This document shows positions 32,772 through 42,600 of a stretch of 56,731 nucleotides of DNA, one piece after another. The stretch comes from Patescibacteria group bacterium (GTDB lineage Bacteria > Patescibacteriota > Patescibacteriia > 2-01-FULL-39-33), in NCBI GenBank assembly GCA_038065695.1, contig JBBTQN010000020.1:1-56731 (forward strand), read 5' to 3'. The first letter of the stretch is position 1; each line of letters starts with the position of its first letter. The notes beneath the pieces were generated by a model. That model was not told the origin of the DNA, did no database searches, and worked only from the letters and a program-made list of their open reading frames with translations. Both the position numbers and the translations under genes were made by a program.

Positions 32772-35700
32772 ATGGATAAGTCAAATCTTATCATCAACAA
32801 GGAAAAAGAAATTCAAAAATTTTGGGAAGAGAATAAAATTTTTGAAAAGACGCTTGAGGCCACCAAAAGCGGCAAAGCTTTTAGTTTTTACGATGGTCCG
32901 CCATTCGCGACCGGCACGCCTCACTATGGACATTTGGTCGCGAGTATCATGAAAGATGTCGTCCCGAGGTACCAGACGATGAAAGGACGCTATGTAGAGC
33001 GCCGCTGGGGCTGGGATTGCCACGGACTCCCGATAGAAAATATCGTAGAAAAAGAATTAGGATTTAAAAGCAAGAAGGATATTGAGGATTTTGGCGTGGA
33101 AAAATTCAACGCCCAGTGCCGATCAAAAGTTTTGATTTATGTGGAAGAATGGAAAAAAACCATTCATCGCTTGGGGCGCTTCGTGGACATGGAAAATGAT
33201 TACAAAACGATGGATTTGGATTTTATGGAAAGCGTTTGGTGGGTGTTTAAACAGCTTTGGGATAAGGGTTTGATTTATGAAGGATACAAATCCATGCACA
33301 TCTGTCCGCGTTGCGAGACGACTTTATCGCAATCAGAGGTGAGTGAGGGCTACCGCGACATCAAGGATTTATCTCTCACGGCAAAATTTGAGCTCGTGGA
33401 CGAGCCCGGCACTTTTATCCTAGCTTGGACGACCACGCCTTGGACGCTTCCCGGCAATGTGGCCTTGGCGGTGGGAGAGAAAATTGATTATGTGATGATT
33501 AAAAAAAAGAATTTGGAAAAAGGCGAAGAAAAAGAAAATTTTATTTTAGCCAAGGAAAAATTTTCCGTTTTACAAGATGATTATGAAATTATAAAGGAAT
33601 TTAAGGGCGAAGAATTGATTGGCAAAAAATACCAGCCGCTTTTTCCATACTATAAAGATAAAGATTTAAAAAATAAAGAAAATTTATATTTGGTGGTCAG
33701 CGCGGATTTCGTGACGACCGAAGACGGCACGGGCGTGGTCCACATCGCGCCGGCTTATGGCGAGGAAGATTTGATGCTGGGCAAAAAAAAAGATTTGGCC
33801 TTCATCCAAAATGTCACTTTAAGCGGTCATTTCACCAATGAAGTGGAGGATTTCAAAGGCCTCCACGTGAAGCCGGCCGGACACACCAAAGAAACCGACA
33901 AAAAAATCATCAAATATTTGAAAGATAATGATTTGCTTTTTGACGAACAGGAATACGAACACAGTTATCCGCATTGCTGGCGGTGCGACACGCCGCTCAT
34001 TAATTACGCGACTTCGTCTTGGTTTGTGAACGTGACGAAAATAAAAGATAAAGCGATAAAATTCGCCAAAGATATTAATTGGTCGCCGGCGCATATCAAA
34101 GAGGGCCGTTTCGGCAAATGGCTGGAGGGCAGCCGCGACTGGTCCATCTCCCGCCAGAGATTTTGGGCTTCAGTCATCCCGATTTGGCGCTGCGAGTGCG
34201 GCGAGAAAAAAGTCATCGGCTCCATTGCCGAATTGGAAAAAGAAAAAATAACCAAAAATAATTTTTTTCTCATCCGCCACGCCGAGTCGGAAAAGAACAT
34301 CCTTGGCATTTTTGATGGCAAGAAAGACAGCGCGTATTCCTTGACGGAGAAGGGCCGAAAACAAGCGGAAGAAGCGGCTAAAAAACTGAAAAAATTAAAG
34401 ATTGATTTGATTATTTCCTCCGAACTCCGGCGCGCCAAAGAAACGGCGGAGATTATCGCGGGAGAATTGGGTTTGGAAGCGCAGTTTGATCCTCGCTTAA
34501 ACGAAGTGTATTTGGGAAAGCGGGAAGGAAAGCCGTATTTAGACGAAGACGGAAAAAGTTTCACCCAAAAATGGAAAATGGAATATGATAAAAGGCTGGA
34601 AGAGGGTGAGAGTGTAAAAGATGTGGAAGAAAGAATGTTGTCCGCTTGGCAAGAACTGGATGAGAAATACGCCGGCAAAAACATTTTATTAGTTTCGCAC
34701 GGTGACACTTTGCGCGCTTTAAAAGGCGTTTTATTAGGACTAAAAAACGGCGAGATTTTCAGCCGCGAGAAAGTATTGGATTTTTGTGAAATTGAAGAAT
34801 TAAAAGAAAAAGTTTTTGACCTTCACAAAGATTTCATTGATAAGATTGAAATTAAATGTCCGAAGTGCGGCCAGTCAATGAAAAGAATCCCCGATGTGAT
34901 TGATTGTTGGTTTGAATCCGGCTCAATGCCTTACGCCCAGCTTCATTATCCGTTTGAGAATAAAGAAAAATTCGAGCATAATTTCCCCGCCGAGTTCATC
35001 GCCGAAGGCGTGGACCAGACGCGGGCTTGGTTTTACTATCTCCATCTCATCGCGACGGCGATAAAAAATAGCCGCGCTTTTGCCAATGTGATCGCCAACG
35101 GCATTGTTCTGGCCGAAGACGGCAGGAAGATGGCGAAAAAACTGAAAAATTATCCGGAGCCGGATTTGGTGATGGAAAAATATGGCGCCGACGCTTTGCG
35201 GTATTATCTTTTATCTTCGCCGGTGATGGCCGCGGAAAATCTTAATTTCTCCGAGTCGGGCGTCAAAGAAGCGTTTCAGAATGTGGTGATGCTCATGGGT
35301 AATATTTTGAAGTTTTATAAGATGTACGAAGATAAATTACAAATTCAAAATTACAAATTACAAATAAATTTAAAATTCAAAATTCAAAATTCAAAATTTA
35401 ATGTTGATAATGTTTTAGACCTTTGGCTTGTCGCCAAGCTGAATTCGCTCATCAAAGAAACGACCAAAGCGATGGAGGCCTATGATTTGCCGCGGGCGAC
35501 CAGGCCGATTGCCGGATTTATCAATGAATTTTCCACTTGGTGGCTTCGCCGCAGCCGCGACCGATTTAAAAACGAGGGCGCGGATAAAGATAATGCCTTG
35601 GCCGTTTTCCGCTACGCGCTTCTCTCGCTTTCAAAAGTGATGGCGCCGTTTATGCCATTTATCGCCGAGCATGTTTATCGTGAAATTGACGGAGAGCTTG

Positions 35701-36248
35701 AATCTGTCCATTTGGAATCGTGGCCCAAAGCGGAAAAGATAGATGAAGATGTTTTAAAACAGATGGAAGAAGTGAGAAAAATCGTGGAGCTGGGACTGGC
35801 CAAGCGCGCCGAGGCGGGGATCAAGATCCGACAGCCACTCGCTACGCTCAAAATTCCAAATTCAAAATTCCAAATTCCAAATAACCAGGAAGAATTTATT
35901 TCTCTTATTAAAGATGAGCTCAACATTAAGGAGATTATCTTCTCTAAAGAAATTGAAGAAATTGAATTAGATTTGAATTTAACCGAAGAATTGAAGGTGG
36001 AAGGCGTGCTTCGCGAATTGGCGCGCTCCATCAACGATTTAAGGAAGAAGCAGGGGTTGACCGTGGGCGATAAAGTGAAAATCCATTGGCACAGCGACGG
36101 CGAACTGATTAAAAAAGTTTTTGCCGACCAGAAATTAGTTGAAGAGTTAAAACGCGCGACTATCGCCGAGGAATTTACCCAACAAAAAAACGATGGCAAG
36201 GAGATCGGGGTGAATGGCGAGAAAATAATTTTATTATTGACAAAATAG
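32772..36248 (+). CDS. ileS: Isoleucine--tRNA ligase (type 2) with an inserted histidine-phosphatase domain and low-complexity inserts
   Basis: HYGH, KMAKKL (KMSKS), WSISRQRFW, WRCECGEKK and CPKCGQSMKR zinc knuckles. The insert carries RHAESEKN ... SSELRRAKETA ... LVSHGDTLRAL. Confidence 0.95.
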   Translation: MDKSNLIINKEKEIQKFWEENKIFEKTLEATKSGKAFSFYDGPPFATGTPHYGHLVASIMKDVVPRYQTMKGRYVERRWGWDCHGLPIENIVEKELGFKSKKDIEDFGVEKFNAQCRSKVLIYVEEWKKTIHRLGRFVDMENDYKTMDLDFMESVWWVFKQLWDKGLIYEGYKSMHICPRCETTLSQSEVSEGYRDIKDLSLTAKFELVDEPGTFILAWTTTPWTLPGNVALAVGEKIDYVMIKKKNLEKGEEKENFILAKEKFSVLQDDYEIIKEFKGEELIGKKYQPLFPYYKDKDLKNKENLYLVVSADFVTTEDGTGVVHIAPAYGEEDLMLGKKKDLAFIQNVTLSGHFTNEVEDFKGLHVKPAGHTKETDKKIIKYLKDNDLLFDEQEYEHSYPHCWRCDTPLINYATSSWFVNVTKIKDKAIKFAKDINWSPAHIKEGRFGKWLEGSRDWSISRQRFWASVIPIWRCECGEKKVIGSIAELEKEKITKNNFFLIRHAESEKNILGIFDGKKDSAYSLTEKGRKQAEEAAKKLKKLKIDLIISSELRRAKETAEIIAGELGLEAQFDPRLNEVYLGKREGKPYLDEDGKSFTQKWKMEYDKRLEEGESVKDVEERMLSAWQELDEKYAGKNILLVSHGDTLRALKGVLLGLKNGEIFSREKVLDFCEIEELKEKVFDLHKDFIDKIEIKCPKCGQSMKRIPDVIDCWFESGSMPYAQLHYPFENKEKFEHNFPAEFIAEGVDQTRAWFYYLHLIATAIKNSRAFANVIANGIVLAEDGRKMAKKLKNYPEPDLVMEKYGADALRYYLLSSPVMAAENLNFSESGVKEAFQNVVMLMGNILKFYKMYEDKLQIQNYKLQINLKFKIQNSKFNVDNVLDLWLVAKLNSLIKETTKAMEAYDLPRATRPIAGFINEFSTWWLRRSRDRFKNEGADKDNALAVFRYALLSLSKVMAPFMPFIAEHVYREIDGELESVHLESWPKAEKIDEDVLKQMEEVRKIVELGLAKRAEAGIKIRQPLATLKIPNSKFQIPNNQEEFISLIKDELNIKEIIFSKEIEEIELDLNLTEELKVEGVLRELARSINDLRKKQGLTVGDKVKIHWHSDGELIKKVFADQKLVEELKRATIAEEFTQQKNDGKEIGVNGEKIILLLTK

Positions 36249-36478
36249 TTAAGATGTGCTATAATTGTAAGTTGAATAAAAAATCCTTTTTTTCGTCATT
36301 GCGAGCCCTGCAAAGCAGAGCGTGGCAATCCCTATTTTTAAAGATACTATAAATGAGCCGAGCGTTTTGGAAGTCAAATTGGCTTTTAAAACGTTCGTCT
36401 CATTTGGAGAGACGAAAACCTTCATCTCCGGGTTGAAAAAGGAGATATGTTCGTTTCAGAAAAGGAAAGGAAACGTCC

Positions 36479-37243
36479 ATGAGTAAGAAAAGTGGAAATG
36501 TCCTGTTGAGTCCGGAGCAGAAGTTGGAGTTGGGTCTGGCGATGACTAAGGCGATACCTTGGGATATGTCCCCGGAATTGGCTCAGAAGTGTATTGGCAG
36601 TCGCTTTCTCAAAAGCGGCGTGCGGCAATTACTGATGCCATCAGAACCGGAAAGATCGATGGCAGTACTGGATGCCGACAGTGTCGTCGGTCAATTCGCC
36701 GAGGAGTGGGAGCGGCTCTACCGCGACAAGTTCGGCCTAACCGCTGACTTCTCGCAAGTTCGGGTGCCGGTTGTGCCCACAAATTTCAGCGGGTTCAACT
36801 GGCTGATGTTTGTAGCCAAGGGATTGACTCCCAACGCCGTGTACGCGGTTTGCGAGTCAATGTTTCCTTGCTACCGATACATATCGGATTTGGACGCGGC
36901 GGTGAAGGGCAGGAACGACCGCGAGCCGATCGAGCATTATGCCGTCTGGCTTCGCGACCGCGCGGAACCTGACGAAGAACTAAAAAAACTCTCGGCCAAT
37001 CAACTGGCGGCCTATGGCGTAGCAGGCAACACCTTATTGGAGGCGTTGCTTCTGGAGCCGTGGTATTTCTCCCGTTCCAAGGGCCAGCACCTCAATGTGG
37101 CCAATTGGAATTTGTGTAGTGGTTCGCGTTGCTCTGATGGCAGGGTCCCGCACGTCGGCTGGCGCGACGGCAAGTTTCGGGTTTATTGTTGCAGCTCTGA
37201 CGGTGCCAACGGCAATTTGCGGGCTCGCCTCGCAGTTTCCTAA
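36479..37243 (+). CDS. DGR target (variable) protein
   Basis: No signal peptide. The C-terminal 41 codons constitute the VR (SGSRCSDGRVPHVGWRDGKFRVYCCSSDGANGNLRARLAVS). Confidence 0.8.
   Translation: MSKKSGNVLLSPEQKLELGLAMTKAIPWDMSPELAQKCIGSRFLKSGVRQLLMPSEPERSMAVLDADSVVGQFAEEWERLYRDKFGLTADFSQVRVPVVPTNFSGFNWLMFVAKGLTPNAVYAVCESMFPCYRYISDLDAAVKGRNDREPIEHYAVWLRDRAEPDEELKKLSANQLAAYGVAGNTLLEALLLEPWYFSRSKGQHLNVANWNLCSGSRCSDGRVPHVGWRDGKFRVYCCSSDGANGNLRARLAVS
37118..37240 (+). repeat. DGR variable repeat (VR)
   Basis: 123 bp, colinear with the TR. My alignment gives 18 mismatches, 17 of them opposite TR adenines. Confidence 0.85.
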
Positions 37244-37525
37244 CCCTTCGTTCCCTTTTTAACTTTAACCCTAAACCACAGTGCTGTGTTGATTTTTCAA
37301 TATGGCACTTTTCTTTTATAATAAAATAAGGTTAATATAATCAGTCCTGCCCTTCGCGAAGGGTAGGACAATGGTTTACCTTTAAATTTAGGAAACTGCT
37401 TATCCAATTCTGGCGGACAGCTATTTTTTAAAATAGTCAGTCCCAAACAGAGCCGGCTAAGAGCCGGAAAACCCAGGCGATTTTATATAAAATTGCCGGT
37501 GCGAATGATGGAATTGGATGATATA

Positions 37526-37648
37526 AGTGGTTCGCGTTACTCTGATGGCAATGTCCCGAACGTCAACTGGAACGACGACAAGTTTCAGGTTAATTGTAAC
37601 AACTCTGACAATGCCAACGACAATTTGCGGGCTCGCCTCGAAGTTTCC
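37526..37648 (+). repeat. DGR template repeat (TR)
   Basis: Adenine-rich (AAC/AAT codons) at exactly the positions that vary in the VR. The 3' GC-rich segment gcgggctcgcctcg is shared with the VR. Confidence 0.85.
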
Positions 37649-37661
37649 GGCAGAGAAAGTC

Positions 37662-38018
37662 CTATTTCGGACTTTCTTTTGCTATCCAATTGAGCCAATC
37701 AGTATTCATTTTGGAAATTTCAATCAGCCGGCCCTCAAGGCCAAGATAATTTTTTCCATTTATAATATTTGATTCATTGGCTAGCCGTACTAATTGTTTT
37801 AGCACCTCAATTTTTATGCGCAAAATTTTTAAATGATCTGACTTTTCGTTTTTCGGCAAATAGGCGGCAGTGATTGATAGCTCCAGCGATTCCAGACACA
37901 TATTTTCTATCTTTAAGCCAAGACTGAAACGATCCCTCTTGTTTATTTGCTTATTATTTTGATAAATTAGTTTATAAAAATCAGTTATCTTATGAATCAG
38001 AGGAATATTATTAGACAT
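37662..38018 (-). CDS. Four-helix-bundle protein, Avd-like DGR accessory candidate
   Basis: 118 aa, helical, resembling the S23-ribosomal/four-helix-bundle family. It lies between the TR and RT but on the opposite strand. Its 5' end overlaps the RT start by 27 nt. Confidence 0.65.
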   Translation of the reverse strand: MSNNIPLIHKITDFYKLIYQNNKQINKRDRFSLGLKIENMCLESLELSITAAYLPKNEKSDHLKILRIKIEVLKQLVRLANESNIINGKNYLGLEGRLIEISKMNTDWLNWIAKESPK

Positions 38019-38830
38019 AATTTTAAAGATATTATTTCTTTAGAAAACTTATTTTTATGTTGGAAAGAATTTAGAAAAGGCAAAAGGGAAAAGTTGGATG
38101 TCCAAGAATTTGAATTCAATTTAGAGGATGATATTTTTCAGCTTCATTTTGAGTTATCCAACCAATCCTATCACCACGGCCTTTATCACACCTTTAATAT
38201 CTGTGATCCCAAGCCCAGAAAGATTTCCAAGGCATCAGTCAGGGACAGATTAGTTCATCACCTTATCTCCAATGAACTTTATCATATTTTTGAGCCAAGT
38301 TTTATTTACCACTCATATTCATCTCGTAAGGATAAAGGCACCCATCTGGCAGTTCTGAATTTAGAGAAGGCCCTAAGAAAAGTCAGCCGAAATTATCGCC
38401 AATCAGCTTTTGTCCTCAAGTGCGACATTAAGAAGTTTTTTGCCAGCGTGCCTCACCAGAAACTATTTGAGATAATAAAAAGAAAAATCAAGGATGAAAA
38501 ATTCCTTTGGCTGATTGAGGAAATTATAGAGAGTTTCGCTTAAAAATCCATCCTGATAAAATTATCATTATAAAATTCAGGCAAGGCGTTGATTTTCTGG
38601 GTTATGTCGTCTTGCCGCGTTATAAAACACTGCGGACGAAGACCAAAAGGAGAATGTTTAAAAAATTGTTTGTCAAGAGCAAGTCGGTAAAAAATGGAGA
38701 ACTAAATGAAGAGCGATTCAGGCAAACAATCCAATCGTATTTAGGTTTGTTAAAACATTGTCGAGGATATAAAATTCAGGAAAAGATAAGAGAATTGGTA
38801 GTCATTGAAAAAAAACCGATAAAAGATTAA
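37992..38830 (+). pseudogene. DGR-type reverse transcriptase with an internal deletion and frameshift (catalytic core missing)
   Basis: The N-terminal part has DGR-RT-like motifs (NLFLCWKEFRKGKREK, ICDPKPRKISKASVRDRLVHH, YSSRKDKGTHLA, VLKCDIKKFFASV) and stops at 38543. The -1 frame continues with LKIHPDKIIIIKFRQGVDFLGYVV... No xGxxxSQ or YxDD segment occurs in any frame. Confidence 0.7.
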
Positions 38831-38839
38831 GATAGAAGC

Positions 38840-39421
38840 ATGATCGCTTACCTAAAGGGCCAAATTAAATCCAAATCAGCCGCGCTCAAAAAAGACGCCT
38901 GGCTGGTTTTGGTCGCGAATAGTGTGGGATACAAGGTTTTTGTCTCGCCGTCATTTTGGGAAAAAGCCAAAGAGGACGAGGAGCGGGAAATTTTCATTCA
39001 TACTCACGTGGCCGAGGGCGTCTTGGATTTATACGGTTTCGCGACTCGCGAAGAATTGGAATTTTTCGGCGTCCTGATTTCCCTTTCCGGCATCGGGCCG
39101 AAAAGCGCGATGGATATTTTGGCCAAAGCCAAAGTGGCTGATTTGAAAAGCGCGGCGCAAACGGGCAACGCCGATATTTTAAGCAAGGTTTCGGGCATCG
39201 GGCCGAAGACGGCGCAAAAAATCGTCTCGGGGCTCAAAGAAAAATTCGGCGGCCTTGACGGCGATGTCTCCGGCTGGGAAAACGGCTTTGGCGAGGCCTT
39301 GGAGGCCTTAATCGGCCTGGGCTACAGCGCTTATCAAGCGCGCGAAGCGCTCTTAAAATGCCAATCTATAGATATCGGCGATAAAGTGAAAGAAGCGCTC
39401 AAGATTTTGGGCGGAAAATAA
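38840..39421 (+). CDS. ruvA: Holliday junction branch migration protein RuvA
   Basis: MIAYLKGQI..., two HhH motifs (LSGIGPKSAMDIL, VSGIGPKTAQKIV) and a C-terminal domain III. Confidence 0.9.
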   Translation: MIAYLKGQIKSKSAALKKDAWLVLVANSVGYKVFVSPSFWEKAKEDEEREIFIHTHVAEGVLDLYGFATREELEFFGVLISLSGIGPKSAMDILAKAKVADLKSAAQTGNADILSKVSGIGPKTAQKIVSGLKEKFGGLDGDVSGWENGFGEALEALIGLGYSAYQAREALLKCQSIDIGDKVKEALKILGGK

Positions 39422-39476
39422 ATTTTTAAATTAAATAGCCGCGGGAGATATTATTCTCACGCGGCTTTTTGTGTCT

Positions 39477-40004
39477 TCAAAGGGCTTGGGCAATGCTGAT
39501 CATTATGAGAGGCGTCATCAGCCGGATGTCGTCTTCGGTCATGCCGGATTCCTTGTCTTTCATGGCCAGGATCGTTTTGTCGCAAACCAGTTGGACAGCT
39601 TCTTTATCCGTCATCGCAATCTCAAATGATTCAGGGATGGATTTCTTCGCTTCCTTGGCCTGCTTGTATTTGGCCCTGATCAGAGTCAAGACATCGGGAT
39701 CGTCTTTTAAGACGTCGGTAATTGCCTGCTCCAGTATTTTCAAATCCACCATCATGGACAGATCTGATTCTTCACTCCCCTGCTTCATGGCTTCGAGTTT
39801 TTGTTGCTTCTCTTTGATTCGTTTTTGTGTTTCTTCCAAGGCAGCCTGTTTTTTTTCCAGACCTGCGTCTATTTTGTGAAGATAGTAAGCAGCTGTCCCC
39901 ACTCCTCCTACCAATATCAGTATTGATATTAGTACCACTAAGGCGTTTTTAGTTTTCTCTTTCATGACTCTTTCCTCCTTTGTTTTTCCCTTGTTAATGT
40001 CCAA
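39477..40004 (-). CDS. Membrane-anchored coiled-coil protein, unknown function
   Basis: Single TM segment (ALVVLISILILVGGVGTAAYY), then charged helical sequence. Confidence 0.55.
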   Translation of the reverse strand: MDINKGKTKEERVMKEKTKNALVVLISILILVGGVGTAAYYLHKIDAGLEKKQAALEETQKRIKEKQQKLEAMKQGSEESDLSMMVDLKILEQAITDVLKDDPDVLTLIRAKYKQAKEAKKSIPESFEIAMTDKEAVQLVCDKTILAMKDKESGMTEDDIRLMTPLIMISIAQAL

Positions 40005-40144
40005 AAATATTGTGGCTTTACCCTACCCTAAAAAATAAATAATGTCAAGCGGTCAAGATTATTTGAAAAAATTTTGAATTAGTGTTAAATTCTAATTGAG
40101 TTAAGGAATAGCACTTTTTATTTTCAACTTGGGAGGGAAAAAAG

Positions 40145-40951
40145 ATGAGTATTTCAGCGGCCGTGATGATTCTTTGTCTGGTTTTTTCAGCCGATGGCGG
40201 CGAAGGCAATTTGGAGAAAAATGAACCCACTTTTGAGATCCAACAATTGAGCGAGATTTTCACTTCGGAAGTATCGGATTTTCAGCCGGAAGAAGATTAT
40301 GTTCAGTTTGTTAAGCAGGATATTTTAAGCCAGGTGAGTGGTTGGTCGGAGAGCCAATATTTTGTCTATGCCGACAGAAATCCGGAGAAGCAGCTTATTC
40401 TGGTCGGTTTTTGGGACAGCGGCAGTCGGGATATTTCTATTATCGGCTGGGACAAGATTTCCACCGGTGATCCGAAACACGGCAAAGATTACCATCTGAC
40501 GCCGACGGGGATTTTTGAGAACACGACGGACAATGTCGGCTATCGCGCGCGAGGCACGAAAAACAGCAAGGGCTGGCGAGGGCTCGGCGCGAAAGGCAGC
40601 CGAGTTTGGGATTTCGGCTGGCAGAAAACATTCAAGCCGAGAAAAGGCAAGCTGGAAGAGCGGACGATTCGACTTCTCTTGCACGCGACCGATCCGGATC
40701 AAGGCGAATTGAGATTGGGCAAACCCGACTCTAAGGGTTGCGTCAGAATCACCGCCAAGCTCAACAAGTTTTTGGACCATTTCGGCATCATTGACGCCGA
40801 ATATGAAAAGGCGGAGAAAGAAAAACCTTCTTGGTTGCTCCGCAAAGACCGGCAGCCGGTTGAGCGCGCGGGGAGGTATCTCATTGTCGGCGATTCAGCG
40901 GCGGCGACAGAAACCGCCATCGCTCAAAACAAGCAAACCACTCCCGATTGA
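40145..40951 (+). CDS. L,D-transpeptidase (YkuD-type) domain protein
   Basis: Signal peptide. Catalytic segment LLLHATDPDQGELRLGKPDSKGCVRIT (H ... S-x-G-C-[VI]-R). Confidence 0.8.
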   Translation: MSISAAVMILCLVFSADGGEGNLEKNEPTFEIQQLSEIFTSEVSDFQPEEDYVQFVKQDILSQVSGWSESQYFVYADRNPEKQLILVGFWDSGSRDISIIGWDKISTGDPKHGKDYHLTPTGIFENTTDNVGYRARGTKNSKGWRGLGAKGSRVWDFGWQKTFKPRKGKLEERTIRLLLHATDPDQGELRLGKPDSKGCVRITAKLNKFLDHFGIIDAEYEKAEKEKPSWLLRKDRQPVERAGRYLIVGDSAAATETAIAQNKQTTPD

Positions 40952-41017
40952 TTTTCGGGAGTTTTTTTGTTAGAATGTGCCAAGATAGTAGCATGATTTG
41001 AATTATGAAACTATATT

Positions 41018-41111
41018 CCCCCTCCTTACGAAGGAGGGGGTTAGGGGGAGGTTAAGGGGTTTTTTATTGTTTTAACCCCACCCCAACCCTCCCCTTCGTA
41101 AGGGGAGGGGG
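41018..41111. repeat. Composite CCCCTCC/GGAGGGG palindromic element
   Basis: ccccctccttacgaaggaggggg ttagggggaggttaagggg...aaccccaccccaaccctccccttcgtaaggggaggggg. Confidence 0.75.
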
Positions 41112-41143
41112 AAAAAGAGAGAAGTTTCTTAGTTAAAAATAAT

Positions 41144-42484
41144 ATGATAAAAAATATCATCAAAAAATTCATCCCCCAATCGGTTTTGGGTTTTTACCAT
41201 AAGTCGTTGGCAATCGCGGCGAATGTTTTATTTGGCCGGCCGTCGGAAAAAATAATCGTCATCGGTGTTACCGGCACCAACGGCAAATCCACGACGGTGT
41301 CGCTTATCGCCAAGATTTTGGCCGAGGCGGGACACCAAGTTGGCGCGACTTCCACCGTGATTTTTAAAGTGGGCGAGCACGAATGGCTCAATGATAAAAA
41401 AATGACGATGCTCGGCCGATTCGCCTTGCAAAAATTATTAAAGCAAATGATTGACGCCGGTTGCCAGTATGCCGTGATTGAAACTTCATCCGAAGGCATC
41501 AAACAATTTCGTCACTTAGGCATCCACTATGATGTTTGCGTCTTTACCAATTTAACGCCGGAGCATTTGGAAGCGCATGGCGGGTTTGCCAATTATAAAA
41601 AAGCGAAATTGAAATTATTTGAGAAGCTGGAGAAACAAAAAAACAAGAAATCAAAAAATCAAAAAATCAAAAAAACTATTGTCGTTAATGGCGATGATAA
41701 ATATGTGAGCGAGTTCTTAAACTTTAAAGTAGATGAGAAAATTATTTTTGGATTGAATAATAATAACCAGTTACCGGTTACCAGTTACCAGTTACTGATC
41801 GCCAAAGATATTGAATTTAAAAAAACAGGAATTTTTTTTGTTGTTGAAAATATTAATTTTGATTTAAAATTATTTGGCAAGTTCAATGTGTATAACGCGT
41901 TGGCCGCTATCGCGGTGGCAAAATCGCAAGGCGTCAGTTTGGAAGTTTGTAAATCGGCTTTGGAAAAAGTGAGCGGGGTGCCGGGCCGAATGGAGTTTAT
42001 AGATGCCGGACAATCTTTCAAAATCTTAGTTGATTACGCGCCGGAGCCGGAAAGTTTGAGGCAACTTTACCAAGCAATTGCGGACCATCAACTTTCGGCA
42101 GGAGGGAAAATAATTCATGTCCTAGGCTCTTGTGGGGGCGGTAGGGATATTTCCAGAAGGCCTGTTTTAGGCCAGATTTCAGCCCAGAAGGCCGATATAG
42201 CCATAATCACCAATGAAGACCCATATGACGATGATCCGGCCATTATTATTGACCAGGTGGCTTCAGGGGCACTATCAGGAGGCATGGTTTTAGGACAAAA
42301 TCTGTTTAAAATTTTAGACCGGCGCGAGGCCATCCGGAAAGCGATCAGCTTGGCCAAGCCGGGCGATTTGGTGCTTCTCACCGGCAAAGGCGCGGAACAG
42401 GCGATTTGCGTGGCCGATGGAAAAAAGATTCCGTGGGATGAGAGGGGAGTGGTGAGAGAAATATTGAAAATTTCTAATTTCTAA
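41144..42484 (+). CDS. murE: Mur ligase, MurE-like (UDP-MurNAc-tripeptide synthetase)
   Basis: P-loop GVTGTNGKSTT, FNVYNALAA, and C-terminal ITNEDPYDDDP at the position of the DNPR motif. It contains in-frame oligomer-array inserts. Confidence 0.85.
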   Translation: MIKNIIKKFIPQSVLGFYHKSLAIAANVLFGRPSEKIIVIGVTGTNGKSTTVSLIAKILAEAGHQVGATSTVIFKVGEHEWLNDKKMTMLGRFALQKLLKQMIDAGCQYAVIETSSEGIKQFRHLGIHYDVCVFTNLTPEHLEAHGGFANYKKAKLKLFEKLEKQKNKKSKNQKIKKTIVVNGDDKYVSEFLNFKVDEKIIFGLNNNNQLPVTSYQLLIAKDIEFKKTGIFFVVENINFDLKLFGKFNVYNALAAIAVAKSQGVSLEVCKSALEKVSGVPGRMEFIDAGQSFKILVDYAPEPESLRQLYQAIADHQLSAGGKIIHVLGSCGGGRDISRRPVLGQISAQKADIAIITNEDPYDDDPAIIIDQVASGALSGGMVLGQNLFKILDRREAIRKAISLAKPGDLVLLTGKGAEQAICVADGKKIPWDERGVVREILKISNF

Positions 42485-42600
42485 TTAACCTAATTTTTAA
42501 ATGATGAACGCCAATTTTTTAATATATTGACATATTTATTGGTTTTTGATAGTCTTAGTTCATAGAACATTGGACAATTTAATAAAAGGAGGAAAGAAAG

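Noticed and set aside
34004-34708. 234-aa minus-strand ORF inside ileS
   Set aside because: It is antisense to the well-supported IleRS/phosphatase frame. It has a low-complexity Ser/Phe-rich translation and no start context.
36285-36335. cgtcattgcgagccctgcaaagcagagcgtggcaatcc motif downstream of ileS as a possible RNA gene or repeat
   Set aside because: It occurs as a single copy in the window, with only a weak hairpin and no tRNA-like or other recognisable RNA signature.
37344-37369. 11-bp stem / CGCG tetraloop hairpin as the DGR target-recognition hairpin
   Set aside because: It lies about 100 nt downstream of the VR end, whereas the described DGR hairpins sit immediately after the VR. 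It may simply be a transcript-stabilising or terminator structure.
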